Assembly (NCBI RefSeq): GCF_001194135.2
Contig: NC_068989.1
Coordinates: 81,881,481 to 81,945,372 of the forward strand
Length of the DNA stretch: 63,892 bases
From: Octopus bimaculoides
Lineage: Eukaryota
Reading direction: 5' to 3'
In this document: one piece after another, positions 50,275 to 61,567 of the stretch
Layout: each line of letters starts with the position of its first letter
Numbering within the stretch: position 1 is the first letter of the stretch
The notes under the pieces: generated by a model
Database searches by the model: none
Told to the model about the DNA's origin: nothing
The model's input: only the letters and a program-made list of their open reading frames with translations
Made by a program: the position numbers and the translations under genes

Positions 50275-53200
50275 TACATATAGGGACAAAGAGAGAGACG
50301 TTTAGTTATATATGATGTGTAACACAATGAAATCTGCGTATCCTTTGATACAAGGTAATGATTAACTTGAAAAGCTGTGTACTTACATAATCTATTTCAC
50401 TATCACTAGAGGATCTGAGGGCCTGAATCCAGGACCACATTGTGTCATTGTCCTCAGCCTGAAAGAGAAACTCTGACGCATGATTGTTGGTGGTCAGACG
50501 AAATACATTCTTCTTCTTGGTGTAATCTGTGGCCACCTCCACTGAAGAAGACTTTATAGACACAGGCTGATCAAACTCAGAGATCTGCAGAAAAATAAAA
50601 AAGACACAGGATGATCAATATTTGAAAGCTTCAGCTGAAAATTAAATAGAAAATCACTTAATATTTAAAGAAATATTTTGATTGTCTTTGGGAGATTGAG
50701 TTCTAGAAAAATTTCATTGTTTCAAAGGATTACCAATAGATTAGCACATATAAAAGTTATTTACAGTCCTCAAGAGAATTATCTTCAATTGTTATCTCAT
50801 ATAATCTGTGACTATGGACTGGTCCCTTACTGTGAGTGAACATGATTCGGAAACAACCATGCAAAATTACATAAACAACATTGCATTTTCAAAGAGACAA
50901 TATTTCTATGAATTAATGGCTAAAATTTGTTGTTCAGCAATGTTAGCTGGGCTGCCCTCTTATGTAAGTTGTAAATAAACTTTGAAATTTCGTTGATGTC
51001 ATAAGAATTTCTATAAACTCCAAGAGAATATGAAATGATTCACTTTTGGAATGTTAGATCTTGAAGCAGTTAAGCTATAAATAATAGCATATAAGTGATG
51101 GGTTAAAAATCCCTATACATGCTATAATTTATAGCTTATTTCTTTCAAAATCCAACATTTCAAAAAAGAACCTTTGAAACATAAAATAACACACTCTGCT
51201 TTGAGATGTGTGGGGCAGTTTTTGATTTGCAGACACCTTAGCTGTAAGACAAGGAATACCTGTATGTATGCATGTACATACATATCTACATATGTATGTG
51301 TGTATGTGTGTGTGCGTGTGTGTGTGTGTCTGTGTGTGTATATAATATGTGTAGTCTCATAAGTTAACCGATTGGTTCTCTTCTCTATTTGAAGTTGATA
51401 TTTGTAATATTAGTAATGATGGTTTTAATTTAAATTATAAGTTTAATTATGCTTTAACCATAAATATTAGGATACAATGAAAAGTTAGTTGATGTTTTAC
51501 ATAATGTCTACTTTGAATAATCTCTCTATTTTCTAATAAACAAAAATATTACACCCAAACTTATCTCTCGCTACATAGGGTGGGAGACTCTAGAAAGCTA
51601 CCAGGTTTTCTTTACACCATACACCAAACAGAAACCAAGATGTAAAAGTCAATCGAAAGAGAATTATTCTTAGTCAAATACTTATTCTTTTGAATAAGAA
51701 ACCATTATCTTTGATATGTAAGGAAAAAGCTTTAGCTTTAGAGACCAAACAGCTTAATGGCCTGGTGTGTCACAAATATTGTATTATAGAAATGAAGGAC
51801 TTTGGTGGTGTTCTGTGAAATTAGTGATATGAGAGGTCAGAGATGAAAGAAAAACTCACAACTGAATTATTGTCCTTGCGTTTGTCAGTGAGATAGAGTT
51901 CTTGGCCTTTCAGCAGCACCAAACATGGTTTCCAGGAGCGATCACTAGACCTCTGTAGAGAGACAGAGAGAGATAAGTAGGTAGAGATAGATGTAGCTAG
52001 ATAGAGAAGCAGATATAGATAGATAGATAGATAGATAGATGGATAGATAGATAGATGGATAGATAGATAGATAGAAACATATAGATAGATAAATAGTCAG
52101 ACAGACAAATAAATAGATAGATATACATAGATACATATACATAAAAAGAGATAAATAGACACAGATAAACAAAGAGACAGAGATAGAAAGATAACATCCA
52201 GTACTATTGTTTTCTTAGTTATATATCATTATCGCACATGCACATGTAAATATAAACACACATAGACCCATATGTTGATTTAGAGGTAAAGATACACATA
52301 TCCACACACACACAGTCTCCTCCACAAATATAAACACACATGTAACTAATCCTTTTTAACAGTTGGGTGCACACCCACATACATAAATACAAATAATAAC
52401 ACAAATATATGTGCACACGCAGCTAAGATAATAGCTTTATTTAGCAAGAAAGAAGACAGACAGCTACTGCCATCTGGGAAATACTCATTCTTGATATGCA
52501 TAAAAAGAATAAGTAGGAACTCTACACTGTGTTCTCAGTGTGGGCAGAAAAGCTATAGGAGGGTCATGGGCAGACTGACAGAGAAGAGGGACTTTGTATG
52601 TAGCAGATACTGCATAGGAGTAATTAACAGTTAAAATAACATGGAATAAATTACTTTAACGACCCTGGGAGTCTAAATAGAAGATAATTTTTTTTACTTT
52701 GATGACTATCAACAATGAAAGTGAGCATTCCAAAATCATTGTGAGAACATCCTCATCATTATTATCATCATATAATTGTTTAACATTGGTTTTCCATGCT
52801 GGTATGGGTTGGATGACTTGACAGGAGTTGGCCAGCTGAGGAGCTGTCCAGACTCCAGTTGTCTGTTTTGGCATAGTTTCTACAGCTGGATGCCCTTCCT
52901 AACACCAACCACTTTGCAGAGAGTGCTGGGTGATTTTTTATGTGCCACTGGCATGGGTGCAATGACACAGCACCGGCATGAATGCATAAACATGTGGCAC
53001 TGGCACAAGTGCATTTTATGTGTGGAAAAATTTCATGCAGCTGCTAACAAAAGGGATTCTTTGTATAATCGAAGAAAACTTTGGTTGTGGTGGATATGCA
53101 AAGGCTGACATGCTTTACTAAATATATTATGTTAATGTGCATGAATGGAAAAGGGCAGGTAATCTAAAAACACTTGCAACAATTATGTGCAGGTAAAGAT

Positions 53201-56200
53201 GACTGACCCTGAACCTTTTGTATAAATTTGTCTGCTTTTTAGGATTACCTGACCCATGTTTGACTGCCATTTGTATGGAATCCTGCTCCCTTTTGTATTT
53301 GTGTGTTTTGTCCAGATCTACTCAATCAGAACTGAATAGGATATACACAACAATAAATCAACACCAGTTAAGTCAATATTTCTTGACTTGTTCAATGCAA
53401 TAGCCAAATACCCTTCAACACATCCCATTATAGCCAGAAATACTGATCAATATTTCACTGGCACCACTGAATCAGTTGAGTTGATCCAAAAGTGTTTTAG
53501 CAAGATATGCAGATAAGAAAAGAGTTTATGCTTAGAATTCTTTAACACCACTCTCATTATGGTTGATGTTGGTTGGGATGTCTATAAATGTCTGGTTAAT
53601 GTTACATTTGTTGTGTTTCAGTCCTGTACGTCCCTATCAGACAGTCATGACCTGCCTTCCAACATTTCATGCAACTACTCTCCAATGTTGACCGACTGCT
53701 AATAACTTCACAAGCTCAGGGCACCAACTTATAATACTTCAACAGCCACTCACATAACATGATCACACAGTCACATCACATGACAACATGTCACTACATC
53801 ACATGACCACACAACACCAATCATCTCTCTTGTATTAAAAAAAAAAGTGACAGAGTCTCAACTGACCTTTCCATCAATGATGGCATTCTTGCAGGATAAA
53901 CATCCTTCTTTCTTTGCTTCTTTCGGTGGACTAGATGATTGCGGTGGGGTGAAGTCACTTCTGCTTGGTTCTTCTGCTATTGAGGAATTAGTCTAAGAAA
54001 AAAAGGGAAAAAAAACCCCGTTCAGATTACTTTTAATTCAGCCACAGAATACAGTTTTAATGATATCACATTAACTCCTCTTTTAATGAGGGTTAAAAGG
54101 AAAAGTGAAGGAGACAGATGCAAGGATAGAGATGAAGGAGAGAACCAAAACAATTGCTGCAGTTATATCTTTGCTGAGCAGTGTTTAAATGAAGGGTACT
54201 CAGTAAAAACAAAACCTGAGAATGGCTTAAAAGTCACCAGTATATCTTGTTAATAGACAATCACACTGAATGTTCACTAGTCATCAGTTACTAAGAGCAT
54301 GACTTTAGAAAATAGAGCATGAATAAAGGAAGTTTTCTAACAAATAGATAGATGAGTGAAGCCTGAGTGAAGGCTATCTCTTAAGAAGGCAGATTATTAG
54401 AGACTTAGTGTAGTCTGACAATAGTTTGAATGAAGTTTGCTTTTTGAGTGCAGGCACGATTATGTGACTATGGTTTTGGGCCTGATTGTGTAGCCTCACA
54501 TAAACCAAGGTCTAGTGAGTGAAATTTGTGAGGCAAAAACTGTGTAGAAGCCTATCATAAGGGCCATTCCCACTTGGGGGTCTTAAATTTAATCCCTTGC
54601 TTAGTTTAATACCACTACACTGGCTCCTGATTGCCTTCAGTGGAGTCCAGTCTATTGCAAACACTTGGGTCAGCCTGAGGGTAATGCCCTTTCTTCCCTT
54701 ACTCCTACCAGTCATGGAAGCACAGAAAAGGGTCGTGGGTGCACTCCTTCCTCCTCTGATTAAACCACAAAAATGATTTCAATCCTGGATAGCAATTCAC
54801 ATTTCTCTCTATTTTAGATAGGAGTGGGGGAAAACAGATATTTCTGCTTTAATTACTTCACCTAAAATTAATGAGTAATTAATTAGTATGATCACATCGT
54901 TGTTTACAATGAAGATGGCACAAACAACACTTACTTTTTCCTCAATTAGAATGGAAGACTTTAATTTCTTGGACTGAACTGTTTGTGAGGAACTGTCATA
55001 AATAGGTAAGGATCTGCAAAAGACAAAAGTAAAAACTTTAAACAAGGAATATAGTAACTTTCATGATAAATATTAACATGATTGAGGCATAGGTCTGTGA
55101 TTAAGAAATTCATTTTGTAACCATGTGGCTCTGGGGTTCATTTAATTCTGTGGTACCTGAGGTGCCTTCTATCATGGCCTTCAGGAAAATCTAAAAACTG
55201 GAAATCTGTTTTTATATATATATCTATAAATTTAGTAAATGGAGTAAAACGCATATGTTAACTGAATACTTTTATTACCAACATATGTTTCGAAGATTAC
55301 AAATTATACCTTCCATAGGAATAGGTGATGTTGATAAGAATGTAATCTTCTCTTCAGGAAAATGCATGGGAACCAGCTTAAACGTAAGACATTTTAACCG
55401 AATATAAGAACTGTATTTGGAGAAGGTTGTTACGTAATTTATTTGAAAATTATATATATATATATATATACTAGCAGAAATACCCGGCTTTGCCCGGGTT
55501 AAAGAGAATAATGAAATCTAAAAACGCCGTCTAGACTACGCAACCCTCAACTGTTAGTAGCTACGATACCATATTTCTACANNNNNNNNNNNNNNNNNNN
55601 NNNNNNNNNNNNNNNNNNNNNNNNNNNNNNNNNNNNNNNNNNNNNNNNNNNNNNNNNNNNNNNNNNNNNNNNNNNNNNNNNNNNNNNNNNNNNNNNNNNN
55701 NNNNNNNNNNNNNNNNNNNNNNNNNNNNNNNNNNNNNNNNNNNNNNNNNNNNNNNNNNNNNNNNNNNNNNNNNNNNNNNNNNNNNNNNNNNNNNNNNNNN
55801 NNNNNNNNNNNNNNNNNNNNNNNNNNNNNNNNNNNNNNNNNNNNNNNNNNNNNNNNNNNNNNNNNNNNNNNNNNNNNNNNNNNNNNNNNNNNNNNNNNNN
55901 NNNNNNNNNNNNNNNNNNNNNNNNNNNNNNNNNNNNNNNNNNNNNNNNNNNNNNNNNNNNNNNNNNNNNNNNNNNNNNNNNNNNNNNNNNNNNNNNNNNN
56001 NNNNNNNNNNNNNNNNNNNNNNNNNNNNNNNNNNNNNNNNNNNNNNNNNNNNNNNNNNNNNNNNNNNNNNNNNNNNNNNNNNNNNNNNNNNNNNNNNNNN
56101 NNNNNNNNNNNNNNNNNNNNNNNNNNNNNNNNNNNNNNNNNNNNNNNNNNNNNNNNNNNNNNNNNNNNNNNNNNNNNNNNNNNNNNNNNNNNNNNNNNNN

Positions 56201-56892
56201 NNNNNNNNNNNNNNNNNNNNNNNNNNNNNNNNNNNNNNNNNNNNNNNNNNNNNNNNNNNNNNNNNNNNNNNNNNNNNNACATATACATCTCTCTCTCTCA
56301 CTCTTTCTCTCTTTCTCTCTCTCTCTGAAAGTATCTGTCATTACAGTATCGAAATGTGATTGTTTCAGTTAGTAGAATAGTTTCATTTTTAAAGTGAAAG
56401 TATTTGACATGAGTGTTTTTGTTTCACTTTTGACACGTAATACTTAAATAGTGGAGGAGATATTATGTTGCTGTGGGCATCTGTAAAATTTGAATGAAAT
56501 TGGTTGCGTAGTTCTCAAGTTTTAGGGATTCACACAGACAGACAGACAGACAGACACACATTCTCATTTTTATATATATAGATATATATATATATATGAG
56601 AAGTAAATGGATGTAATAACAAAGGGAAACTTGTGGTTTTCACTGGTATGCCTTTAATTTAATTAGATAATTGTTATCTAATTAAATTAAAGGCATATCA
56701 GTGAAAACCATAAGTTTCCCATTGTTATTACATCCATTTTCTTCTCCTACATAACCTAAACTAGGGTCTACCAACCAAACCACCTGCTACCGTACAACTT
56801 TACAAAAGACTGTACCTACCCAGGTAATAACCAGGAGTGACTTTGGATTTAATTATCCCTTAGAGGTATTAAACCCCTCTAACTGATACCTA

Positions 56893-56928
<36 letters not shown>

Positions 56929-57205
56929 GCCACTATCCTCTATGGAACAAATTTAATTTGTGTCCGTGGGAAGAGCTATTTTAACAATGCGTCCTGTCCT
57001 AACTCTTCAAAACGCCAGTGTTATAATGGTGACAGCTGATGAAGAATATGTTCTCTATGTGGCCTGTGTGTTTTTTGTATCTTGTTTATCATTTTGTCCA
57101 TGTTTTTTTTGCAACGTCATGTACCCAGATATGCATCTATATATACATGTAGATGAAGGTATGTACATACATGTACATATATATGCATATACTCATATAT
57201 CATTT

Positions 57206-57274
<69 letters not shown>

Positions 57275-57725
57275 AAGAGTTTTACTGAGTCATATCCTTT
57301 TATATCAAACATATTTTCTACAATAAATGCCAGACTGAAAAATGCAATTAAAGAATACACACATAAGGCTATCTAGATAAGATATATGGAGGTATATCAG
57401 TGTATAAATGTGTAGTAAGGTGCTGCACTATTGTGCAGTACAGTGTGCCATAGTATATATATATATAGTGTTAATGTGCCATTGTATATATAGTGTGCCA
57501 GAGTATGTATGATGTGTCAATGTGACATAAGGCACACTGCTGTGTAATGAAGGGCATCACTGACATGATATTGGGTAGCAGATACTTACAGTTTATCTGG
57601 AGTGATGGAATTGAATTTGTTGATGGACTGCAACGGTGTGTTGAGATCTGAACGTTCTTTAGCGGTGGCCATAAGATAGGAGGTACGTCTCTGTAACTTG
57701 ACAGCATCTTGTTCCGGGGACAAAT
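38110..57725 (-). CDS. ARHGAP21: Rho GTPase-activating protein 21/23-like gene (PH + RhoGAP + long C-terminal tail); 13 exons visible, 5' end outside window
   Basis: Phase-consistent exon chain. PH domain (KEGCL...[12 protein letters not shown]...[10 protein letters not shown]...EFLFQAED...WIQAL). RhoGAP domain with arginine finger ([42 protein letters not shown]). Family motifs RRTSYLMAT upstream and RRHTVGG ... LAWL...LQTGSSD in the tail. Best described as a 21/23 co-ortholog. Confidence 0.88.
41662..42070 (+). mobile_element. SINE family A (tRNA-like head, CORE-like ggcaccttgggcaagtgtctt, internal (TA/TG)n), near full length
   Basis: Other copies at ~3285-3717(-), 16368-16766(-), 30828-31260(-), 63310-63640(+), 45350-45621(-, 3' half), 32090-32255 plus 34012-34220(+, split), 29297-29346 (fragment). 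Confidence 0.85.
42270..42396 (-). CDS. ARHGAP21: Post-GAP exon ([12 protein letters not shown]...DDDL)
   Basis: ttttcag acceptor, gtaagt donor, 127 bp; DWFF motif closes the GAP domain. Confidence 0.9.
42744..42869 (-). CDS. ARHGAP21: RhoGAP exon ([16 protein letters not shown]...ESVILH)
   Basis: gtttcag acceptor, gtaagt donor, 126 bp. Confidence 0.92.
42920..43088. repeat. Degenerate ~33-bp minisatellite (cagtcacaccaacaggacaatgtctatactta) filling a short intron
   Basis: About five diverged units. Confidence 0.75.
43107..43270 (-). CDS. ARHGAP21: RhoGAP exon (LYQSFINAN...HSHINK)
   Basis: gttacag acceptor, gtaagg donor, 164 bp. Confidence 0.92.
44020..44252 (-). mobile_element. Fragment of a related Helentron-like element
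   Basis: Minus-strand 5' end tactagctggtgtacccagtaattcccgg next to (TA)n, followed by short ctctcgccaac repeats. Confidence 0.45.
44533..44641 (-). CDS. ARHGAP21: RhoGAP exon (GLEYIN...[25 protein letters not shown])
   Basis: ctacag acceptor, gtgagt donor, 109 bp. Confidence 0.92.
46115..46240 (-). CDS. ARHGAP21: RhoGAP exon with arginine finger (SIPFVIDLC...GVYRIPGN...EEFNK)
   Basis: cctctag acceptor, gtttgt donor, 126 bp. Confidence 0.92.
46394..46901. mobile_element. piggyBac-type MITE split by a tRNA-derived SINE (~46565-46830, minus strand)
   Basis: ttaa|ccctttagcattcag ... atgctaaaagg|ttaa; atctagctgg duplicated on both sides of the SINE. Confidence 0.75.
47114..47253 (-). CDS. ARHGAP21: Exon preceding GAP domain (DGTKTKSWK...[17 protein letters not shown])
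   Basis: ttccag acceptor, gtgagt donor, 140 bp; FGVxL motif. Confidence 0.9.
47733..47950. mobile_element. piggyBac-type MITE
   Basis: Same family termini and internal sequence. Confidence 0.7.
49198..49530. mobile_element. hAT-Charlie-type MITE
   Basis: TIRs cagtggttctcaacc / ggttgagaatccctg. Confidence 0.7.
49760..49895 (-). CDS. ARHGAP21: Linker exon (ETTPTHIP...RRRKTN), phase 0 to 1
   Basis: ttgacag acceptor, gtaagt donor, 136 bp. Confidence 0.85.
50387..50584 (-). CDS. ARHGAP21: PH domain exon ([12 protein letters not shown]...[11 protein letters not shown]...SEIDY)
   Basis: ctgcag acceptor, gtaagt donor, 198 bp. Confidence 0.92.
51860..51952 (-). CDS. ARHGAP21: PH domain exon ([21 protein letters not shown]...NNSV)
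   Basis: ctacag acceptor, gtgagt donor, 93 bp. Confidence 0.9.
53867..53992 (-). CDS. ARHGAP21: ARHGAP21/23-like exon, start of PH domain (TNSSIAEE...[16 protein letters not shown])
   Basis: ttcttag acceptor, gtcagt donor, 126 bp. Confidence 0.87.
54935..55013 (-). CDS. ARHGAP21: ARHGAP21/23-like exon (SLPIYDSS...IEEK), phase 2 to 0
   Basis: ttttgcag acceptor, gtaagt donor; its phases exactly bridge the neighbouring exons. Confidence 0.8.
55271..55364 (-). ncRNA. Type I hammerhead ribozyme motif with 10-bp stem II and 39-nt loop II, core intact
   Basis: cauuuuc-CUGAAGA-GAAGAUUACA-(39 nt)-UGUAAUCUUC-GAAA-C-AUAU-GUU-gguaauaaaa; palindromic ACAUAUGU stem III; stem I imperfect. Confidence 0.7.
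55471..56583 (+). mobile_element. Non-autonomous Helitron/Helentron-like element (spans a gap)
   Basis: 5' ta|ctagcagaaatacccggctttgcccggg; 3' (caga)n-cacattctcattttta...tatagat. This layout resembles Lep1/DINE-1-type elements. Confidence 0.6.
56598..56746. repeat. Near-perfect 149-nt palindrome (73-bp arms, 3-nt loop)
   Basis: gagaagtaaatgg...aattagataa-ttg-ttatctaatt...ccattttcttctc; 4 non-Watson-Crick positions. Confidence 0.95.
57590..57725 (-). CDS. ARHGAP21: ARHGAP21/23-like exon ([20 protein letters not shown]...TPDK), phase 1 to 2
   Basis: ctgcag acceptor, gtaagt donor; RRxSYLxA motif of the ARHGAP21/23 family. Confidence 0.85.
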
Positions 57726-58867
57726 CTGCAGAATCATAAAACAGTTTATTGACTTTTTTGGAGGGGTAAAAGTTAATGATTGATTGCTAGGGGTAAAGAT
57801 TGAGCAAGTGATTAGTTAATGATTAATGATTAGTGGAACAAAGGTTATTAATTTCTAGAATCTTCTAGTTAAATAGCATAAGTAATTATCTGATACTTGT
57901 GTCCAAAACAGACATTAGTTAGGAGGGGACAGTGCCCTTTGCCTCCGCTGGCTGGTGAGACTAATGTCAGGTGACATTTACCACGAAAGGCATCGAGTAA
58001 ATTTTGGACATACAGGAACTAAGGTTTTGGCTCTGAATTCTACATTTATGTTGAGAAACATGTCATCATTGAACTCCTAGCGATGTACCATGTTATAGGT
58101 GTTAAACTCCTGGTCAAGTGCTATATTATTAGCAGTGAAGTATGGATTAAGAACAATGCTACCAGGTCAGAGTACTAGGTTAGAGATGGTGAGTATTAGG
58201 TATGAACACCACAACTTCTACTTCTCAAAGTCAATGGATACTTCCAATTATAGTATGAAATATGATACTTTTATAAATTAGAAAGCATTTAGCAGATCAA
58301 TATTAATGTAGAGCATTGTTTAGTCACAAGATATCTCTAATAACAGAGGCCTATGATCGTGCCATATGAGGATGAAAGGTAAAGTTGGCCTCAGCATAAT
58401 TTGAACCAGGGACGTGCCATCTAGGTGGGTAAGATAGGCAGTGCTTACCTTGGATAAAATAGATTGATAGCAACATTTTCCTTTCATGGCAAAATATGCA
58501 CCTAATTCAATAAAGTTATGAAGGTTACTCTGATTACTATGCATAATTCACCCCAGCTTTTCAATCTCAGTATTTAAGCCACGCATAGTAATTATGTAGT
58601 ACACAAGCTGTGTAAACTCCTCCAACACAGTTTTCTTTATATGCTATAAAAGCAAAAGTAAATCTGCCTTCAACTCAGTCACATGCCTGTGTTTTGCTTA
58701 TTTATTTTTGTGTTTTACTCACCAACTTCCTACCCTGAGTAATCACTGATGGCACGCGCCTGATTTGAACTCAGAATTTAAATACCGAAACAGCCACTTT
58801 CTTCAGCAGAGTTCTTCTGACTCTGCCAATCGACCACCATTGCAACAACAACAACAACAACAACAAC

Positions 58868-58903
<36 letters not shown>

Positions 58904-59267
58904 CCTTACTTGCTTTAAGCTTGAAATTATGTGGGTGGGAGTTAGTTGATTACATTGACCCTAATGCTTAAGGAGAGAGAGAGAAAGAGAGAGGGGGGGA
59001 AAGAGAGATAAAGAGGATTCTAACCTTCAGTCTTCTTACGTAGAGTGACTTGGTCTGACTCAAAGGTGCTATGTGAGAAGAAACTCTCTTTGTTTTCTGC
59101 ACAACTGGACATGTTGAGCAAAGTGCTGTCAGCTGCAATATAAATAACATTAATGATGATAACAATAGTAACAATGACAGTAATGGTGAAATTTACTTAG
59201 CAATTCAATGGTTATTAACATAAGTTGTATATAAAAATTCCAGTACTACAACAGTAGTAGTAGCAGT

Positions 59268-59294
<27 letters not shown>

Positions 59295-59300
<6 letters not shown>

Positions 59301-59513
59301 CCTTTCTGCTATAGACACAAAGCCTGAAATTTGGGAGGAGGGGGTTAAGACAATTACATTGACCCCAGTATTCAACTGGTACTTAATTTATTGACCCTGG
59401 AAAGATGAAAGGCAAAGTTGACCTCGGTGGAATTTGAACTCAGAACATAGTGATGGGCGAAATACTGCTAAGCATTTTGTTCAGTGTGCTAACGATTCAG
59501 CCAGCTTGCTGCC

Positions 59514-59555
<42 letters not shown>

Positions 59556-59818
59556 GAAGATACTTGGCAAGAAATGGAAACTGAAAGAAGAAGAAAAATA
59601 TAATAATCCTTTCTTCTGTAGGAACAAAGCCTGAAATTTGAGGGGAGTGGGACTACTTGATTACATTGGCCCCCAGTGCTCAGCTGGTACTTAAAAGACT
59701 TTGAAAGGATGAAAGGCAAAGTTGACTCTGGTGAAATTTGAACTCAGAATGTGAAGACAGACAAAAACACCAATAAGTATTTTGTTTGGTGTACTAAAGA
59801 TTCTACCAGCCTGTCACC

Positions 59819-59820
<2 letters not shown>
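59295..59820 (-). mobile_element. Tandem pair of SINE family B copies separated and flanked by (AAT)n
   Basis: Two copies, each bounded by aataataat runs. Confidence 0.8.
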
Positions 59821-59851
<31 letters not shown>

Positions 59852-60018
59852 TCATAATTATATCATGAAATTTAATTTCGCAGTTAAAGGGATAAGGTAA
59901 CAGAATTTTCAAAGAAATAAACTATAAAAACATTTTAAAAGAAAATCTTTCAAGCAGTTCAAAAATCTAAAATACATCAAAGTTAAAACTAAAAATCTGA
60001 ACAACCAAAGTAACTTAA

Positions 60019-60214
60019 CTCTTTAGCATTTAAACCAGTAATATCCAGTCAAAACTAGCTAAATACAGTCTCTTACAACAACCCTACAATGTCATACTAA
60101 AAGTAAACAACCGTTTAATCTAAATCTCAAAACTACAAGATAATGCACGATTAAATCAAAACAATGTGAATAAATAAGCATTACATTTGACAGAGTAGTT
60201 TGAATGTTAAAGGG
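60019..60214. mobile_element. piggyBac-type MITE (opposite orientation)
   Basis: Same family termini and internal sequence. Confidence 0.7.
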
Positions 60215-60671
60215 TCAACAAATGACGATTGTAAAAGAAAGAAACTCAATGAGATACATAACCTTTCCTTTTTGAGATTAAAGAATTGCTTTGAATAAGC
60301 GAAACATTACATGAAACGAAATAAAAATTGTGTTGTAAAATATGCAAAAATGTATCCTTTTGAAAATGAATTGAAGAATCACTGTATCTATATAGAATAC
60401 AAGGTTAAAAGCCACTCGATAGGGCAGCTTTTAAGCTAGCTCCTGTGGAGGGTTCTTCATTGGGCCTTGGGCTCAACAATGACACTTCATGCATTGAGTA
60501 CATATTAAGTTTTATTAAGCTTGACCAATATTTTTCAAGCATGGAACAATTTTCATCAAAACAATGATATAATTTGCTGACTTGGAACTTATTGCAAAAC
60601 TGTACGATAAATAACATTTTTTTGTCTTCCCATTTGTGGGGTCACTACAATTTTTTTTTATCTAATCTCTT

Positions 60672-60704
<33 letters not shown>

Positions 60705-61530
60705 TGATTGTTTTCAACCATCACCATCACCAGTACTACCAACATCGCCACCACAATTGCCATACACACACCATTCAGACTTCTGAAGCCACTACTATCA
60801 ATACTTTTGACTTCGCCGCCTTCCCTTTCACCACCATCACCAATGTCTTTCATATCACTTACTATCACTGTCATCCCTGACTGCCTTGGCCACCACCACC
60901 ACCAACCACCACCACCCCACCACCACCACCATCATCACCGTCGCCTCTGCCTCTATCACAACTACAGCTCATACTATTACTATCACCCCGTTACCATCAC
61001 AACCGTCAATCTGCTACCACCCTCACCATCTCTATGTCTACTGTTACTCTCACCCCAACATGAGGAATAGTAGAAGTGTCATTGGATAGTGAGCGGGGGG
61101 GGGGGGAGCAAAGTGTGATACACTGACACAGAAATTCGTTTTGACATTTATTATTATAGAAGGGTCAAATACAAAATCCAATGGCAAAATTGTCTAACAT
61201 CTTGTTCTTAGAAGCAGAACTGTTTCTACTAGAACTTTCTTAACGCTGATATGATCATTTTCATCCCAGAAAATAATCAAATTAATATCTGTGGAATTGG
61301 ACATTTTTCGGTGCTTTATATTATAACTTACACTTAATTTGAGTCAGAGTCAGTAAAACATGTACTGACTCTGACACCCAATAATTGCTTCCAGTTCTAC
61401 AGCCATGTGTGTGTGTAACAGAGTGGACAAATATTTGTCTTAAAGTTTACAAGTTGTGTATGTATGTGAGCATGTATAAATGCATGTGTGTGTATACTAA
61501 TATGTGGAGGCGTGTGTGCACTAATATGAG

Positions 61531-61567
<37 letters not shown>

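Noticed and set aside
60405-60510. Short minus-strand ORF MYSMHEVSLLSPRPNEEPSTG...
   Set aside because: Ends in a stop with no suitable phase-1 donor; no family similarity.
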